Shown: in pieces, positions 1-11,804 of the stretch
How the letters are laid out: each line of letters begins with the position of its first letter
Position numbering within the stretch: position 1 is the stretch's first letter
DNA from: Lytechinus pictus
Lineage: Eukaryota
Assembly (NCBI RefSeq): GCF_037042905.1
Contig: NC_087252.1
Span: 20,524,001-20,588,000, forward strand
DNA: 64,000 nt
Direction of reading: 5' to 3'
Translations under genes and position numbers: made by a program
The notes under the pieces: model-generated
Databases searched by the model: none
Seen by the model: only the letters and a program-made list of their open reading frames with translations
What the model was told of the DNA's origin: nothing

Positions 1-568
1 TTGATCGAAAAGAATACGTACTTCTGTATACCCCTTCCTGAAAAAAGAAGAAATCCATCTACGTGCTAAAAAGGTTGCATATTCCTTGAACGTTTTGAAT
101 TGTTTTAGAGGGGAAGTATAAATAATGTTCATACCTTCAATTATAGCACAAAATTGTCCATCATGAAACTCACAAGAGTTGCTTACTATTTCATAATTTG
201 AATATCTTTTTTCTAATTGGTCATAAATTACTGATTTTGCTCCTTTGTAAGGAAGTCCGTTTGGCAAGCAAATAGCTCGAGGCTTTTCTATGAACTGTCC
301 TAAATCTGATACTGGAACGTTTCTTTCTTCTGAAAAAGCAAGGGTTCTCTTATAACACAAGGTAATCAGACGTTTTTCTTTTTCTAGGTCATTGACCTTT
401 TTGGCTCGTAATTTTTCTTTAGAAAATGTTTTTAACCTAAATTTTCTTCTTACTGCTTTTTTAACTGAGGACTCATTTAACATCTGAATTCTACAAAGCG
501 CGTCATAAGCATCTTGTCCCAATTGCCTGAATTGAAGAAGACATTTCTGCTGTGCTAGTAGAGCCGTT
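1..568 (-). pseudogene. Frameshifted continuation of the Academ protein: linker and start of an XPG/PIN-like nuclease domain (runs off the window edge)
   Basis: Manual translation in the shifted frame is stop-free from ~568 to base 1: QQKCLLQFRQLGQDAY...PRAICLPNGLPYKGAKS...CAIIEGMNII...TFKEYATFL...EVRILFDQ. IIxGM, TFxxYA and VxxxFD are typical of the PIN/XPG N-terminal half in AcademX proteins. Confidence 0.75.
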
Positions 569-3500
569 AACATTAGTGAAAACATGATAAAGCTTACTTT
601 CCTGAACATCAGAGAACATTGAAGTGTTACACAAAACTTGAAAATATGATTTTACATTTGAAAACTCAGCATCAATAACAGATTTCTGAAGGTCACGTTG
701 AAACATTGTTTTTTGTTTAATTCCAGTTTGATCTTCCAGATTTTTAATTAATTTAGCTTGACACTGTAATGTTGCACTTATTTTTTCTACATGTTGTGGC
801 AAATGTTGTGAAAATGCAGTCTTGCAATCTTTATTAATAAGCATCTCGTGAGCCTCATCTAAAGCAACCTGAGAATATTCATTTCCAGTGAGGCTTGAAA
901 CAAAAGCACCTTGTTCAAAATGTTCCAAGATGTATTTAGGTAAGGAATGTAATTGACGGAAATGAAAAGGAATCAAATATGAATAATTTTGCCTATCAAA
1001 TGCAGTGAATAGTGGTACCATTGATTTAAGTGCTGACAGTCTTAAATTCCAATTACCTGTACGGATGGCAAACCACAGATTTATATAGCAAAGACAATCT
1101 TTAACTAAAAACTGGTGCCAAAAATGCAATGTTTCGAACTTTTCCGACATTTCATTACAAAATAACAAAAACTCATCTTGCATTGGCTCAACAAACTGTG
1201 AAATAAATTCATGTTGTGCAGCCAAAAACCTTTGTTGATCCACATATTTACCATCTTTGATATCTACAAAGCTAAGAACATTTTTTACCTTCTCCAAAAA
1301 GACATCGTTTGTAAAATCAATATCATGCTTACTTTTATATGATATGAAACTAGAAACTTGCAACATAAATATTGCTTCATATACTTGTAACAAAAATCTA
1401 TGAGTGCGTTTGAAATTGGCGCAGCTACCAAGGGTTTTCAATGTTGATTGATTATGTGTTAATTTGGCTACATCCTTCAACCCAGCATCCCAATATATCT
1501 TCATAAGGACCTCTTGAAAATTTTTAAGAATGTGCCAGTCACCCAAAAACGGTATAACCCAATCAAGAGAATCTCCATATTCTAATTTCAAGTTTAACAA
1601 AAGCCGTATAGTGGCACCATCACCTACGATGACTAAATGATTTAAGGAGCGATTAATTTTAAAAGATTCATACAAAAGACCCAATGAACGCTTAATGGTA
1701 TCTGGAGAGTCTGCCTTCTCATTCAATACGTACATGTACGAAAATTGAGATTTGTCTGTGTATTCTTTACCTTCTAATGCTAACTTACATTTGAAACTGG
1801 GTAAGTCAGATGGTATATTTTTGAGAACATAATAATATCTTTCTAAAGTATATATTAGAGCTTTTTTGTACATATCTTTCTCTTGTTTGGAGTCTGTTTC
1901 AGAAAATAAACAATGTGTAAGAGAAAGTTGCGATCTTATTGAAGTTTTGAAAAGAGGAGGTTGAAAAGAAGATGGACCTGGAACATCCATATGGTCAAAT
2001 TGTGCTAATCTTCTGCGGACAACTGGTTTTTTTTTTACTTGCCCAACAGGCTGGTTTATAGCAGAACTTGGTCCAGGTTCATCGATATGGGGCAATTGTA
2101 CAGCATTGATATCTGACAAAGTGTCGTTTTCATGCCAATGGACAGCTGACGGTTTAGGCTGCTGTGCCATGATAGACGTACCATGCCAACTCCTTGATTT
2201 ATCAACAGTAACAGCAGCATAGGGATTCAGTACATCTATATTATCAAGAGAAACGTATGTCACTGCAAATGGGTTTAAATGTGAAAGAGGTCCACTATCA
2301 ATACGCCTATCATGCACTACTTGTAAAAATCTGTCAAGAGTACTCTCAGAACATGCAAAACCAACATGATTTAAAATTTTAAGAAGCTTTGAGGAATGGG
2401 ACAGTTTTTTGACACAATTGGCAATTGTAATATGAAGGGGGTAATAATTTTCATCATTCATAATAAACTGCATAAGGAATAAACATGCTATTCTGCGCTG
2501 CTTTCTTTTTACACCTGCTTGGGTGTCTTCTGATGGAAAGTGTATGAATTCAGAGTCTATCTGAATGGAAGAGTGATGGAAATATTGCATTTCTTCTACA
2601 GTTGCTGTAATAATACAAACTAGAATCCACACAAAGGGATGACAGTTTGAGACTGCAGACTCGAAATTGAAATTTGTAACAGCTAAAGGATCACCTATAT
2701 ATTCTAAAGTGAGGTATTTTGCCTGTTTGCGGATAACATCGTTTCCATGATTTACAACATTCCGAAACTGCATGTTTAATTCTGAGGTTGAACTGAATTC
2801 TGTGGAAAAGGATGGTGTGTCATGTATATCGTGTGTTCTCTCTTTAATATTTTGCATTAATCTAAGTTTTGAAAAAGAAATATGCCATGAACATATAATA
2901 TCCTCACAAGACATCTCTGCAATGTAAAAAAATGTGCCCCTTCTTCGTGCATCTCTGTGCATGATCAAAAGCTCTCCAAACTGATGTAAAACTTTACCCT
3001 TAACGAAAATTTGACTTTTACTTACTCTGTCACACTGCTGTGCATCATAGCATTTCTTTGTTACAAGATCAGAAAAATATTCATATACAGTGATAAATAA
3101 GAAACAATTATCTTCCTGAATTAGTCTACATATGAACAAATATGTGTCATTAAGAATTTTGAGTAACAACCCTTTATCTGAATCAGAATCATACTCACAT
3201 TTCTTGAAATAACTTTCCAGACTCCTTATAGAAATATTACTTGATTCACTTTTCGTAACGCGATACACGTACATGTAGCATGGTCTACAGATAATATGAT
3301 CCTGAGTTCCGGTAAAATCTTCATTTATATTGCATAATCTTTTCAAATCACTTTCAGGAATATCTTTACATGTATATGTTTTATCATTCAAAGTCAGTAT
3401 TGTTTCACAGACAGAACATAAACTATGATTTCTTGCATTCTCAAAATGTGATAATTCAGATCTATGCTTCATGCATAAAGGTATGGCTGGTGGAAGTGTA

Positions 3501-3847
3501 CTACATTCTACAGAAAAGGCAGAATTGAATGCTTCTACTGTACACTGACAATCTCTGAATGATTTTTCATTACATTGGTCATAATGAAATAAAAAACAAC
3601 AGCTTCTTTCTTTTTTACGGGTTTTTTCTGGTGTATAATCCGGATTTTTCCATTTTTTAACATACTTTTTCCGGCAACCACTACAAATACAGTCTGTCAT
3701 TAAAATATCAGCATTATGTTGTTTAATGATAGACAAAAGAGCATCAGACTTCATCTTACATAGATGATAAAACTGAGTAGACGTCTTTTTGCAAAGAACG
3801 CAAGGGCCACACAAGACTTTCTGGCAGGGAGGTAGCTTGTCCTTCAC
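503..3847 (-). CDS. Academ-superfamily DNA transposase (AcademX-like): N-terminal Cys-rich putative zinc fingers plus DDE-like core
   Basis: 1114-aa intronless ORF. Motifs SLDNID, WHGTS, VIVGDGAT, PFLGDWH, AIRTGNWNLRLSALKSMVPLFTAFDRQNY and VALDEAHEMLINK match the Academ/DUF6589-like transposase pattern. Several CxxC pairs lie in the first 190 aa. An XPG-like domain follows downstream. Confidence 0.8.
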   Translation of the reverse strand: MKDKLPPCQKVLCGPCVLCKKTSTQFYHLCKMKSDALLSIIKQHNADILMTDCICSGCRKKYVKKWKNPDYTPEKTRKKERSCCFLFHYDQCNEKSFRDCQCTVEAFNSAFSVECSTLPPAIPLCMKHRSELSHFENARNHSLCSVCETILTLNDKTYTCKDIPESDLKRLCNINEDFTGTQDHIICRPCYMYVYRVTKSESSNISIRSLESYFKKCEYDSDSDKGLLLKILNDTYLFICRLIQEDNCFLFITVYEYFSDLVTKKCYDAQQCDRVSKSQIFVKGKVLHQFGELLIMHRDARRRGTFFYIAEMSCEDIICSWHISFSKLRLMQNIKERTHDIHDTPSFSTEFSSTSELNMQFRNVVNHGNDVIRKQAKYLTLEYIGDPLAVTNFNFESAVSNCHPFVWILVCIITATVEEMQYFHHSSIQIDSEFIHFPSEDTQAGVKRKQRRIACLFLMQFIMNDENYYPLHITIANCVKKLSHSSKLLKILNHVGFACSESTLDRFLQVVHDRRIDSGPLSHLNPFAVTYVSLDNIDVLNPYAAVTVDKSRSWHGTSIMAQQPKPSAVHWHENDTLSDINAVQLPHIDEPGPSSAINQPVGQVKKKPVVRRRLAQFDHMDVPGPSSFQPPLFKTSIRSQLSLTHCLFSETDSKQEKDMYKKALIYTLERYYYVLKNIPSDLPSFKCKLALEGKEYTDKSQFSYMYVLNEKADSPDTIKRSLGLLYESFKINRSLNHLVIVGDGATIRLLLNLKLEYGDSLDWVIPFLGDWHILKNFQEVLMKIYWDAGLKDVAKLTHNQSTLKTLGSCANFKRTHRFLLQVYEAIFMLQVSSFISYKSKHDIDFTNDVFLEKVKNVLSFVDIKDGKYVDQQRFLAAQHEFISQFVEPMQDEFLLFCNEMSEKFETLHFWHQFLVKDCLCYINLWFAIRTGNWNLRLSALKSMVPLFTAFDRQNYSYLIPFHFRQLHSLPKYILEHFEQGAFVSSLTGNEYSQVALDEAHEMLINKDCKTAFSQHLPQHVEKISATLQCQAKLIKNLEDQTGIKQKTMFQRDLQKSVIDAEFSNVKSYFQVLCNTSMFSDVQESKLYHVFTNVNGSTSTAEMSSSIQAIGTRCL

Positions 3848-4306
3848 CCCAACTGCAAGAATCCTTCATGGTCTTGAGATGATAAAGCAGCTCTGAAACA
3901 ACATTCCGTTACCTGTAATACATGGACATGAAGAGCAACATAAATTGTAAAGCTGTGAAATAATGCTAGATCTTGCAATTTCATGACTTTGCCTCATAAA
4001 GATGGTGGGAGGAGGAAAAAAAATGATCGATTTCACATCTCCCATTACCATATCAAATACAGACTACACATAGGGCACTAATACAGTGGTGAGAGACACA
4101 ACAATAACTACATTCTTAACATGTAAATGATGGCAATCTAGAATACACAATACCATTAGCATAAATAGCACATGTAGTTTCATTAATGGGACTGACTTCA
4201 AAGGGGGAATGTATGAATGTGAAAATTATTTATTATTCTTAATTATTTTAAAAATAATTTTAGAAAATGTATTATTATACAATTCACAATACATGTATCA
4301 ACTTAC

Positions 4307-4642
4307 TTCATTTACTCGATTCAAATCATCGGGAGGATGATCTGTTGGTGGAGGTGGATGATCAGTTGGTGGAGGTGGATGATTAGTTGGTGGAGGTGGA
4401 TGATCGGTTGGTGGAGGTGGATGATCTGTTGGTGGAGGTGGATGATCAGTTGGTGGAGGTGGATGATCAGTTGGTGGAGGTGGATGATCAGTTGGTGGAG
4501 GTGGATGATCAGTTGGTGGAGGTGGATGATCAGTTGGTGGAGGTGGATGATCAGCTGGTGGAGGTGATGGTCCTTTGGTTCCTATTTCCATTTCAACTCG
4601 AAGGTGATTGGTTGGCGGAGTGATCTGTATACATCTTTGTGC
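4307..4642 (-). CDS. Putative phase-0 exon encoding (PPPPTDH)x11 (duplicate of 5197-5427)
   Basis: Same acceptor and donor as the sister exon; 336 nt = 112 codons, stop-free. Confidence 0.6.
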
Positions 4643-5196
4643 CTGTAAAATAGTAAATGAAAGAGACATGATCAAACTACATGTATACATGGATATATAT
4701 GACAGTGCCTCTTAACAGGTGAAGTTTATCTGAATGCAAAAGTTTATATACAGTGTAGTGTGTTTCATGCCTATAATATAAATGTAGTCATGCTTTCCAG
4801 GTTCACAAAACAAATCCTTGCAATATCATCACCGATTAGAGATTAGATGTAAACTGGACCATGAAGACACATCATGTTTTGCTAGTAGGAGAAAAAAAAT
4901 GATCGATTTCACATCTCCCATTACCATAATCAAGTACAGACTACACATAGGGCACTCATAAAGTGGTGAGAGTGACACAATAACTACATTTTTTATTAAC
5001 ATGTAAATGATGGCAATCTAGAATAAACAATACCATAAGCATAAATAGTACATGTACATGTAGTTTCATTAATGGGATTGACTTCAAAGGGGGAATGTAT
5101 GAATGTGAAAATTATTTATTCATTATTCTAAATTATTTTAAAAATAATTTTAGAAAATGTATTATTATACAATTCAAAATACATGTATCAACTTAC

Positions 5197-5427
5197 TTCA
5201 TTTACTCGATTCAAATCATCGGGAGGATGATCTGTTGGTGGAGGTGGATGATCAGTTGGTGGAGGTGGATGATCAGTTGGTGGAGGTGGATGATCGGTTG
5301 GTGGAGGTGGATGATCAGTTGGTGGAGATGGATGATCAGTTGGTGGAGGTGATGGTCCTTTGGTTCCTATTTCCATTTCAACTCGAAGGTGATTGGTTGG
5401 CGGAGTGATTTGTATACATCTTTGTGC
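5197..5427 (-). CDS. Putative phase-0 exon encoding (PPPPTDH)x6
   Basis: ttttacag|GCA acceptor and GAA|gtaagt donor; 231 nt = 77 codons, stop-free. Confidence 0.6.
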
Positions 5428-5951
5428 CTGTAAAATAGTAAATGAAAGAGACATGATCAAACTACATGTATACATGGATATACATGGATACATAATAGTG
5501 CCTGTTAAAAGGTGAAGTTTATCTGGATGCAAAAATTTATATACAGTGTCTCATGCATGTAGGGGGGAAAACATTGGTTTCATCAAGATCTGTGAGTGTA
5601 AACTTCCCCTTTACAGCTCTTCAGCTGGAGTAAATAAATGTACAATTTGTACATACGTGTATACATGTAAAGCAAACATTATGCAGTGTATTACCAAGGA
5701 AAACAAAGTACGCCTTCATCTGTCAACTAAATAATATACATGTAGTCATGCTTTCCAGGTTCACGAAATAAATCCTTGGAATGTCATCACTGATTAGAGA
5801 TTAGTTGTAAACTGGACCATAAATACACATCATGTTTTGCTAGTAAAGTCAACCATTGAATCCATTTTGTTTTTTTGGTTCCTTGTTAAATCTGTCAATC
5901 TGTCTTTGAGATATTTCTTTAGTGAATATAACCCAATTGTTAGAAACATAC

Positions 5952-6958
5952 CTTTCTCCTTCGTCTCTTTCTATATCCTCTTTTCCTCTTCAGTGCCCTC
6001 TTTCTTCTTCTTTTAGATGCGATGTAAGGAGTTGGTGGTGAGGGGAGTTGACATGATGATGATGGTGGACGACGATGAACATGGAAAGCAGTATTGTAGG
6101 GGATGACAGTTGGCAGCTTTTCGGGGAGATGTTGGTTTGGTGGCAAGATGGGGGGCACAGGCTCCTTTGCTGGATATTTGGGGTATAGAAACCCCTCAGC
6201 GTCTTTGCATTTTGATTTTGGTTTAAGGGGTTTCCTTGGAACTTTCCTATTTGAGCGCCTATAAGAGGGTTTTTTATTTCCTACATGCAAATATTGTTTA
6301 CTGTCATTTTGTTCCTTCTTTTTTGTGGTCGCGGTGTGTATATTTTTTTTAGTTCACGTGGAATCCAAACACTTCTGATCCTTGTTTTCTTTTCTGACTC
6401 GCGTTTAAAATTCTCAATTAAGAAATAATAAATACAAGAAGCAAAAATAAGTTTGCCTGGACCGTTCAAATGAAGTCCATCTGAATGAAATAGTCCAATA
6501 TCTAAAAAGTCACTGTTTGAATCAAACAAAGTACAGTCTGGAAGTGTTTGACATAATCTTAGAAGTTCAGCATTAAAAAAAATAGATGTATAATATAGAT
6601 CATCACAGTCAAAACGAGGTAAAACTGTAGAAAAGATTACAGATGATGAGCGAAATACCTCCTTGACAGTTTTATACAAATAAATCAAATGTTTTCTCTC
6701 TCTCTCCCAAATAAGACTTTCAAGATTGTTTGTTCCTACATGGATAAAAACATGCGATATATTATGATCGTAAGTATTTTCATATATGTTCCTGATATCC
6801 TGTCTCAAACTTTTAATTGTTGCTCCAGGGAAACAAAAAACTTGTGCTGGAGATTCAATCCCAAATGTCGATAAATTTGCATCCAAAGAGCGAAGGATAG
6901 AGTCTCCAAAAAAATAACACTCTGATGATCTTTTCCTGGTGTATACGATGACGAGCAG
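5952..6958 (-). CDS. Putative exon: SGNH/GDSL hydrolase domain plus basic/Pro-rich tail (frameshift near 6320-6350)
   Basis: In-frame GDSILRS upstream of the tracked ORF, then FPGATI, IHVGTNN and DGLHLN (the four SGNH blocks). Acceptor ttttaattacag ends at 6959. Donor AAG|gtatgt at 5952/5951. Confidence 0.75.
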
Positions 6959-7599
6959 CTGTAATTAAAAGAAAGATCAGGCAAGGCGTTTCAATTGCAA
7001 ACTCAAAAAGAATGTTTATTGTTTAATTTGTAATGTTAAAGAAAGGAAGAAGAATCATGACCACATCTGCATGGATAGATAAAAGAAGCATGCAGCAGAT
7101 GAAGTTTATATTTAGGATTTAGAATTCTAATTTGTCTAAATTATTAGCATCATTTAAACATTTTATTTTGACCCAATTTATTATAGAGGTCTAGAGATCT
7201 ATATGGGTAATCCTGGGTTGTAGGGGCCTAAAATTATTTGCACACATACATGTAGGCTTGACCCAAGAGACTGCTAAAAAACTTTACCCAACTCATCCCA
7301 GCAATCAGCATTTGACACCCCCCCCCTCCCCAAAATACATCATCTACGCCTAACAAAGTTGGGCCCTAGGGCAGGACTATCCACACATGAAACATCATTG
7401 TTTTATGTGTTATCCAATGAAAAAATGAACATATGAACATAATATGAATATTATGTGAACAAATGATAATATGAACAAATGAACATATGAACATAATACG
7501 TTTTGTTTATATCATAAACAAAACGTAAGGAAGTAGATGTCAACATATATAAAATGTTATACTTGTGCGACATATTTCGTATAAGGACTTTATTTTTAA

Positions 7600-7845
7600 G
7601 TGGTCAGTTGGTAGAGCGTCCGTCTCACAACCGGGAGGTCGGGGGTTCATACCCCGACCGCGTCAGACCAAAAGACGTTAAAAGATGGGAGTTGCTGCTA
7701 CCCTGTTTGACGTTCAACAATCAAAGGGATAGAGCCTCGTCGATCTGGCGCTGCACAGCGGCTGCCGGGTCCACGATCAATTGGGCAAAGCATATTTTCG
7801 GAGTATTTCATTTCATGTCTATTTCGTACAATAAAATATGGATTT
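7600..7845 (+). mobile_element. tRNA-derived SINE, 5'-clipped
   Basis: tRNA-like head GGTCAGTTGGTAGAGCGTCCGTCTCACAACCGGGAGGTCGGGGGTTCATACCCC followed by a conserved non-tRNA body; further copies at ~25010, ~38005 and ~39178. Confidence 0.85.
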
Positions 7846-8552
7846 TTTTTTCATATCATGTCGAAACACTGCATGATAAAAAAAAATGATAGAGCCCCCA
7901 TTTCATTCTTTGGTGTGAAAAAAATCCTTTGTTCAGCGTTGTTGTAAAGACATTTGCCCAAAAAAGTATGATGGTTTAAAGTGATATTAAATTATTATTC
8001 AGCGAATTCTTATTACAAGAGTTAATCAAACATTCTGCGATCATATCTCGAAGATATTAGGGGCTTCTATTTTGTGACATTGAATGCGACATTAGATGGA
8101 GGACAATGTGTGTTTCGATTTCCAGTGTCATATAAATTTGTTTGTGAATTTACGTGAATAGCTTTGTATGTTTTTCTTTTATGAGGTAAGTTGGTAATTT
8201 ACTCACTTTTAGTATGAACATTTATTTTTAACATTTCCCAGATATTGTACCTATGTTTTGACGATCATGTTAATAATACTATTGTACTTTATAAAATACT
8301 GCAAAATATGAATTTGGGTTGTTTTTACTGCGTTTTAAATGGACACACTTTGAACGTGGGCCTATATATGTATATATATATATAAGGAGAGGTTCTGGAA
8401 AACGCTATGGTATTGTAAATTCACTGTCATGTTGAAATACAGATAATTGTATCATGCATTTTTTAATGATAATAAAAATGCAGATATATTTCCTGACCTA
8501 TTTCTGTCATTTACATACTTCTTTGTGCCTAATGGACCGTATTCCGAACTCT

Positions 8553-8713
8553 GGTGGGTGTTTCATAAAGCTATTCGTAAGTTAAGAGCGACTGGAGAAC
8601 CTTTCTTGTGGTAAACGGTATATTCATTGGCGATGGTTTAGCGCGGAAGAAAGGATCACCAGTCGTTCGTAAAGTCGCTCTTATCTTACGAACAGCTTTA
8701 TAAAACAGCCCCC
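8553..8713. mobile_element. Short palindromic MITE present only in module copy 1
   Basis: tgtttcataaagctattcgtaagttaagagcgact ... agtcgctcttatcttacgaacagctttataaaaca; absent at the equivalent sites ~26355 and ~38912. Confidence 0.8.
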
Positions 8714-10898
8714 GGTATATTGCGAATTCTGGTCTGAGGTTGCACTTTGACTATGGATAGCCACTTGTGTCACTATTCTCTACCACGTCAGGTTCAATGA
8801 ACTAGATAATTTCTCACTCGAATAATTAATGTCTTAGAATAATAACTAAAATAGTTTTACTTATCATTAAATGATTAGGAGGAAGCGTAGTAAACACAAT
8901 ATACATGTACATACCATGCAATTTTAGGCATTTTGGGCTTCTCATAATTTTAGCATAAAGATATCCCGCGACCTAAGTTAAACTGGACTTTGGAACACTG
9001 GCCGATGTGTTTGAATTGCATGTGAACAACTCATTTTGCTCCATATTTTCAGAGCTATTTTTCATGTTGAGGCATGATCCAAGGAGATACTTGATAAACT
9101 GGTAATCAAGTGATACATATGTGATCAAAGTGATACTCCTTTTTTATTTGGCCCATGAAAACAGTTGAATTTCCTTTTTTTCGAACACACATACAGCTAA
9201 ATAATAATGGCGTAAAAATTGTTTTATCGTCTATGCATGCAAATCTATGTTCCTGGCTGATTGAATTGCCTCCACATCCCACTGACCCCACGCCTCTCTC
9301 TGTAATCCATTGCCGTGACTATATGGGGAGGGGAGCACGTGCCGCCGCCCCCCCCCCCCCCCCCCCTCATCGGCTGGCCAAACACAAAAAATCGGGGAGG
9401 GAGTATAAAAAGGAGAACCAAAGAAGAACGTAGTGGGGGCAAGAAGAAGAAATTATTGTTTAATATTATTGTGTATTATGTATTATATCATATTACACAT
9501 AGTTTTTTCATAACTTTATGAAACACAATTGTTGAGGGCCTATGGGTTCGTCATTCCTGTTGTCGCATCGTATTTCTAGTGTGATAAATAATCCTGTTCA
9601 AGGGTATTATATGGCACTGAAACATCTAATTTTCAAGTCAATATGCACTTCGAGCTTTTATTATTTGATATAGTGGCATATGCTTCTGTTCCATGGCTTC
9701 TTAAAGTGATTGCCCCTGCTTAAGGTCTGGGTATAAAACACTTTAGGTCCGTGCTTAGGTTTGCATTGGGGGATTCGTGAGAAATGTCTGCTCTTGTCAA
9801 TGAATTCCCCAAAACAATCCTTAAAATATCCTCTCTTCTGGTTTAAATACGATACATTTTCAGCTCGCGCTTCGCGCTCCCATCATCAGGTTAGTGAAAT
9901 GCATATGGTCTTGAATTCCTACAAACATAAAAAAGAATGCCCCTCTTTAGTTCTGGATATTTTTTTCCACCTGGCGCTTTGCAGTCGCAATATTTTTTTA
10001 GTTAGATACGTATAATGTCCATGATTAAAAAACTACAAAAGGTGCTTTATGTGTTTAGATTTAATTCTAAAACAAAATCGACAAGCGCTTGTGAGATATG
10101 AATGCTTTTAATGAATTTCTATCAAATAATCCTTAAAATGTCTGGTTTTGGGTCAATAACTACAAAAATTCACCTCGCTCTCCGCGCTCGCATTGTTATA
10201 TATTTTTTGTACACTGGTACGTATCATGATTATACAAATTTGCTTTAAAATGTCACTTTTTGGCTTCTGAATATTAACAATTTTCAGATCGCGCTTCGCC
10301 CTCGAGTTCCTGTTTTAGACGAGTTTTTTTTTCGCGGTGTCATGATAGTGCCGTGTGTAAACATATTGGGAAATGCCCAATAAAAACAAGTATTTCGCAA
10401 CAGCAGCAGAATTCCCCATCGGGAATCCCCAGAAAGAGCAAAATATGACATGTGACTCAATTATCGAGAATGTCACATTGTTCTTAAAGCTTCATACAAG
10501 TGCTCTGGATCTCCACGAGTGAAGCGAGCAAAATAATCAAAAGGGATGTCTCATATGTAAATAAAATAACAATGCAATGAATGCTTTGCAGAGGAGTTGG
10601 CGTAGTACATTTAGTTGGTGGTGTTTGTCAGAAAGGAAAACTCTGGCTCAATGCCAAAGTGATTGTGAACGTGAACAAATAAATTATTAAAGTCCGTTCT
10701 AAATGATTCTTTCTAATGGCAATGATCGCTATTTTGTTTTATTATTCATTTCTTGCAAGATGAGCACTGCAATATATCGACCACAAAAATACACTAATAA
10801 CTTCCTCCTAATACAACTCTATATAAAAATAAGCACTGCTATATACATAAATATATATATATATATATATATATGTTTTTATATATATATATATATAT

Positions 10899-11804
10899 GA
10901 AGAGTTTAGTTGCAAAAGGGGTTAGATCCACTTTGGACCAATCCGAGAAAAAGCATGTTTTTTTATTCTCACTCATTGCAATATTCTTATGAGAAACTGA
11001 ATTGTTATAGTGTACTACCCTATCATGTGAACATAAGATTGGTATAAAAGAAATATACCTGTCTTCAATTTTTTTTTCTATATATTAAAAAAAAAATTCA
11101 CTGTGGACCTAGCCCTTTCTGCAAGCAAACTGAAATGAATAATAATAATATTAATAATTTGCATTTATATAGCGCTTTATCAATCTAAGACTGTTCAAAG
11201 CGCTTCATAATTATTATTACCCGGTCAATGGATTCATAGCATTCCAAGCAGCCTGTTAGGCGCAAACTTGTTAAACCAACCACAATGACGGTTGTTTCCT
11301 ACCGGTACCCAATTAGCACCTGGGTGAGAGTGGCAAGTGTGGATTGACGCCTTGCCAAAGGGCGCTAGGCCATGGTGGGATTCGAACACACGACCCTCTG
11401 ATTACAAGGCGAGAGTCAGAACCGCTACACAACGGCGCTTCCACAAATCCAATCTCTTTTAATAAAAAAGTGATTTTTCTTTGCCACTTTCATTCACGTT
11501 TTCATTTGAACTTCAAATTTTATTTGGTATCATCAAAGCGACTAAGAATTTAAAGGTTTACAGACAGAAAACAATACAATTTATGAAAATGGACCTAAAC
11601 CCTTTTCACAAATGAGTTCTTCAGAAGCGTTTGGTTGCAAAAGTGGTTAGGTCCACTCGAAGCAAATCATTTTCTTTTTATTCTCCCATATTGCACTATT
11701 ATTATGCGAAAATGAATTTTTATAATACCCTAACATGAGAATATTCAAATTGGGTATAAAAGAAATCTACCTGTCTTCATATTTTTAAAGATATTCTTTT
11801 CCAA

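Larger units (their letters stand above)
4014..5845. repeat. Tandem duplication of ~0.9 kb (4014-4887 and 4888-5845), each copy with a 21-bp minisatellite GATGATCAGTTGGTGGAGGTG
   Basis: Both units start aaaaaaatgatcgatttcacatctcccattacc and end catcatgttttgctagta. The minisatellite has about 11 vs 6 copies. Confidence 0.95.
1..7390 (-). mobile_element. Academ DNA transposon, partial (left part outside the window, right terminus not identified)
   Basis: Contains the transposase and XPG-like coding region plus upstream exons. The right limit is placed where homology to the duplicated module (7392 ~ 24872) begins. No TIR can be verified. Confidence 0.55.
7392..10445 (+). repeat. Segmental-duplication module, copy 1 (internally deleted)
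   Basis: Colinear similarity to 24872-27290 and 37995-42890, including the SINE and the shared hAT insertion at ctgtaatc|cattgccgt. Confidence 0.9.

Noticed and set aside
4337..5408. Plus-strand ORFs (MISWWRW)n and (LVEVDDQ)n
   Set aside because: Alternative frames of the 21-bp minisatellite; splice signals support only the minus-strand Pro-rich frame.
6960..7390. Academ terminal inverted repeat or first exon
   Set aside because: The partner end is outside the window and no convincing terminus or start exon can be identified by eye.
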